Origin: Selaginella moellendorffii
Lineage: Eukaryota > Plantae > Lycopodiophyta
Reading direction: 5' to 3'
Assembly (NCBI RefSeq): GCF_000143415.4
Contig: NW_003314293.1
Location: 310,001 to 374,000, forward strand
DNA length: 64,000 nucleotides
Shown here: in pieces, positions 61,696 through 64,000 of the stretch
How the letters are laid out: each line of letters starts with the position of its first letter
Position numbering within the stretch: position 1 is the stretch's first letter
The notes under the pieces: generated by a model
Database searches by the model: none
What the model saw: only the letters and a program-made list of their open reading frames with translations
Told to the model about the DNA's origin: nothing
Made by a program: the position numbers and the translations under genes

Positions 61696-61888
61696 AACTG
61701 TGAGGAAGTGGCACCATAAAAAAGTTACCTGATGATTAGCCACTGCACCGTTGTTGAAACTTATGAGATCATGATTCATCACGGAAAGTGTAGAGAACAT
61801 ATGCCTGGAAAAACATGAGAAGCTGTGAGAAATTGGCACCATAAAGATTTTACCTGGAGGTGATTAGCCATTACACGTTGTGAAACTA
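61696..61888. repeat. Diverged ~65-bp direct repeat (about 126-bp spacing)
   Basis: CTGTGAG.AA.TGGCACCATAAA..TTACCTG..TGATTAGCCA..CGTTGT.GAAACT at about 61697 and 61823. Confidence 0.8.
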
Positions 61889-63530
61889 TTCATCAGCCAG
61901 CCAGTCATCAGATGACGAGGTAGGAGTGGACGACCAGAGGCGACAGGCGGCCAAGTTGTGAGGATCCAAACGAAGAATCAGTCGAGCAACTCTTCCTCCT
62001 CTTCCTACGTCTCCATGAATCTTACACGACCCCAGTAATGCCATCCAGGCAGCAGCATCCGGCTCAAACGGCATATAGCTCAGCACTTCCTCTGAGTCCT
62101 CGAGCTGCCCGAGCCGTCCCAGAAGATCAACGATACATCTGTAATGCTCCAAGCCGGGACGCAGTCCATAATCGTCCTGGAGCGAGTGGAAAAACTCCAA
62201 GGCATCGGTCACCAATCCCGCGTGACTACTCGCGAACAAAACGCTCAGAAACGTAACTCGGTCGGATAGAACACCCTCCTGTTCCGTCTCCCTGTAAACT
62301 CCGCAAGTTCTCATCCTGTGGCCGTTCTCGGCAAAGCTTCCCATCATGGCGTTCCAGGTGATGAAGTTTCTCTTCTTCATCCCCTGGAAAAACTCGAGAG
62401 CCGAGTCCAAGCTTCCGCATTCCCCATACATGTTGACGAGCGCCGTCCCCACGACGAGGTCCGACTCGTAGCCGTGCTCGAGAATGCCCGAGTGAAGAAG
62501 CTTGCCTTGTTTCAATGCTAGCGAGTTTGAGCACGCGTCCAGAGCCGCAACGAACGAGGCCTTGTCGGGCTTCATGCCACTGTGACTTAACTTGCAAAAG
62601 AGCTCCAGTGCCTCGGTGTTGAATCCATTGAGAGCGTAGGCCGAGATCATGGCGTTCCAGAGGATCACGTCCCCTTCTTCGTCTTCCCGCGACAGCTTCT
62701 CAAAAACTTGATTTGCCTCGTCCCAGCAACCAAGAGTTCCATAGAGCTTGACGAGAGCTGTTCCCATGATGATATCCACCGGAAGTTTGGAGTTGATAAC
62801 TTCTGCGTGGATGATCCGGCCAGTTGCAAGCTCCTCGAGCTCCGCGCACGAATCCAAGACGGTGACAAAGGTGACGCGATTCGGCTCCACTTCTTCCACT
62901 CCCATTCTTCGAAAAAGCTCGATCGCCCTCTTGGCCTCGCCGTTCTGAGAGTAGACTGTGATGACCGCTGTCCACGAGGCAACGTCGTGCTCGAGAAGGG
63001 GGACTCCCCTCGAAAACTCTCCGCGCGTCCTCGACTCGTCCACACTTTCCATACATGTTGACGATCGATGTGAAAACCATGGAGTCGAGCCTGGAGCTTA
63101 GAGCTGAATCCTCGATGGAAGAGTGAATCCCCTTGGCCAGAAAGAACTCTCCAAGGTTTGTGCAAGCGTCGATGACAGTGAGAAACGAGATCTCGTCAAT
63201 CTCGACTCCCTCGAGATCCATGATAGTGAAGAGATGAACAGCGTCTTTGCAATGCCCGTTCTGGGCATATGCCGCCATGAGAGAATTCCAGGAGACCACA
63301 TCCCTCTCGAGCGTGTCATCGAACATCCTCTTGGCCTCCTGGACGAATCCATTCTGCCCGTAGGCATTGATCATCACATTGCAAGGGATGGCGCTGAGCT
63401 CCGGGATGGAATCGAAGAGCATCTTTGCCTGGCGCATAAACCCTAGCTGGGCAAATCCCCCGACTACCGCCGTCCACGCCACCGCGTTGTGGCACGGCAT
63501 CCTGGCCAGCAAATCCCTTGCCTCAGCGAA
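61886..63530 (-). pseudogene. PLS-class PPR gene (E-type), frameshifted and truncated
   Basis: PPR repeats (DVVSWNSLMAAYAQNGH, GTALVNMYGECGSL) and E domain HYRCIVDLLGRLGQL..PFEPDAAAWMALLGSCKIHGD. The frame switches at the G5 run 62998-63002. There is no clear 5' end and the E domain degenerates. Confidence 0.82.
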
Positions 63531-64000
63531 TTTCACTAATGTCAATTGCATCCTATATCACTAGTTTCTTCCTCCATCTACCTATCCTTATTTTACTTTG
63601 GCAAGTTCTTGGATGCTGGAAAGGTTTCAGTAAAGCTACTGCTAGAAGGCACTTACCCCACCTTATAATACATATCTATGCATTCTTCGCCCCTTTCATG
63701 GATCGAATGTCAATTTTTTCAAGCCAAGATTATACTTGCTTCCACATATTTCTCAATATTCTTTGCAATCTTCTTTTGGTTTGCCAATTCTATTGCTTTG
63801 TTCACCTTGTAGAAACATTCTCATAACTTGAACTCAACTATCTGAGTCATACCCTATTCATAAGAATCCTGCAACATAATTTTCATTGGATCCCCCTTGA
63901 AGTGTTAATTAGTGACTATAGATGCTAAACAATCTTACTGTCCTTTGGAGTCTTCATCGCAAATTTATACAGAAGTCTTCAATTGTCCAAGATGAAGAAC

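Noticed and set aside
63540-64000. Possible TE or gene fragment at the window end
   Set aside because: It looks decayed, but I could not read any recognisable motif.

Overview
Eukaryotic (land-plant) nuclear DNA. The compact genes, many ~45-80 bp GT-AG introns and the gene set suggest a lycophyte such as Selaginella (inference). Two decayed Ty3/gypsy LTR-retrotransposon blocks (about 1-5.3 kb and 27.2-41.0 kb) alternate with gene islands. Island 1 (7-26 kb) holds plastid FAD6, a HAM/SCL6-type GRAS gene with a perfect miR171 site, a MoCo-sulfurase-like PLP protein, a DUF599 gene and a small protein with a predicted myristoylation motif. Island 2 (41.7-63.5 kb) holds a Der/EngA GTPase, F-box SKIP5, DUF3511, NPC1, a germ-cell-less-like BTB protein, the FBN11/ORG1 kinase-fibrillin, a prokaryote-type aldo-keto reductase, CYP704 and a frameshifted PPR gene. 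The most notable observations are three. (i) A short-LTR gypsy family with a 4-bp TSD and an apparent tRNA-Ala primer site, present as two tandem copies, one carrying resolvable nested insertions. (ii) An intron-containing AKR of bacterial/archaeal type that shares a G-box-rich divergent promoter with FBN11. (iii) A GMCL1-like BTB gene. All calls come from reading motifs by eye; no database searches were run.
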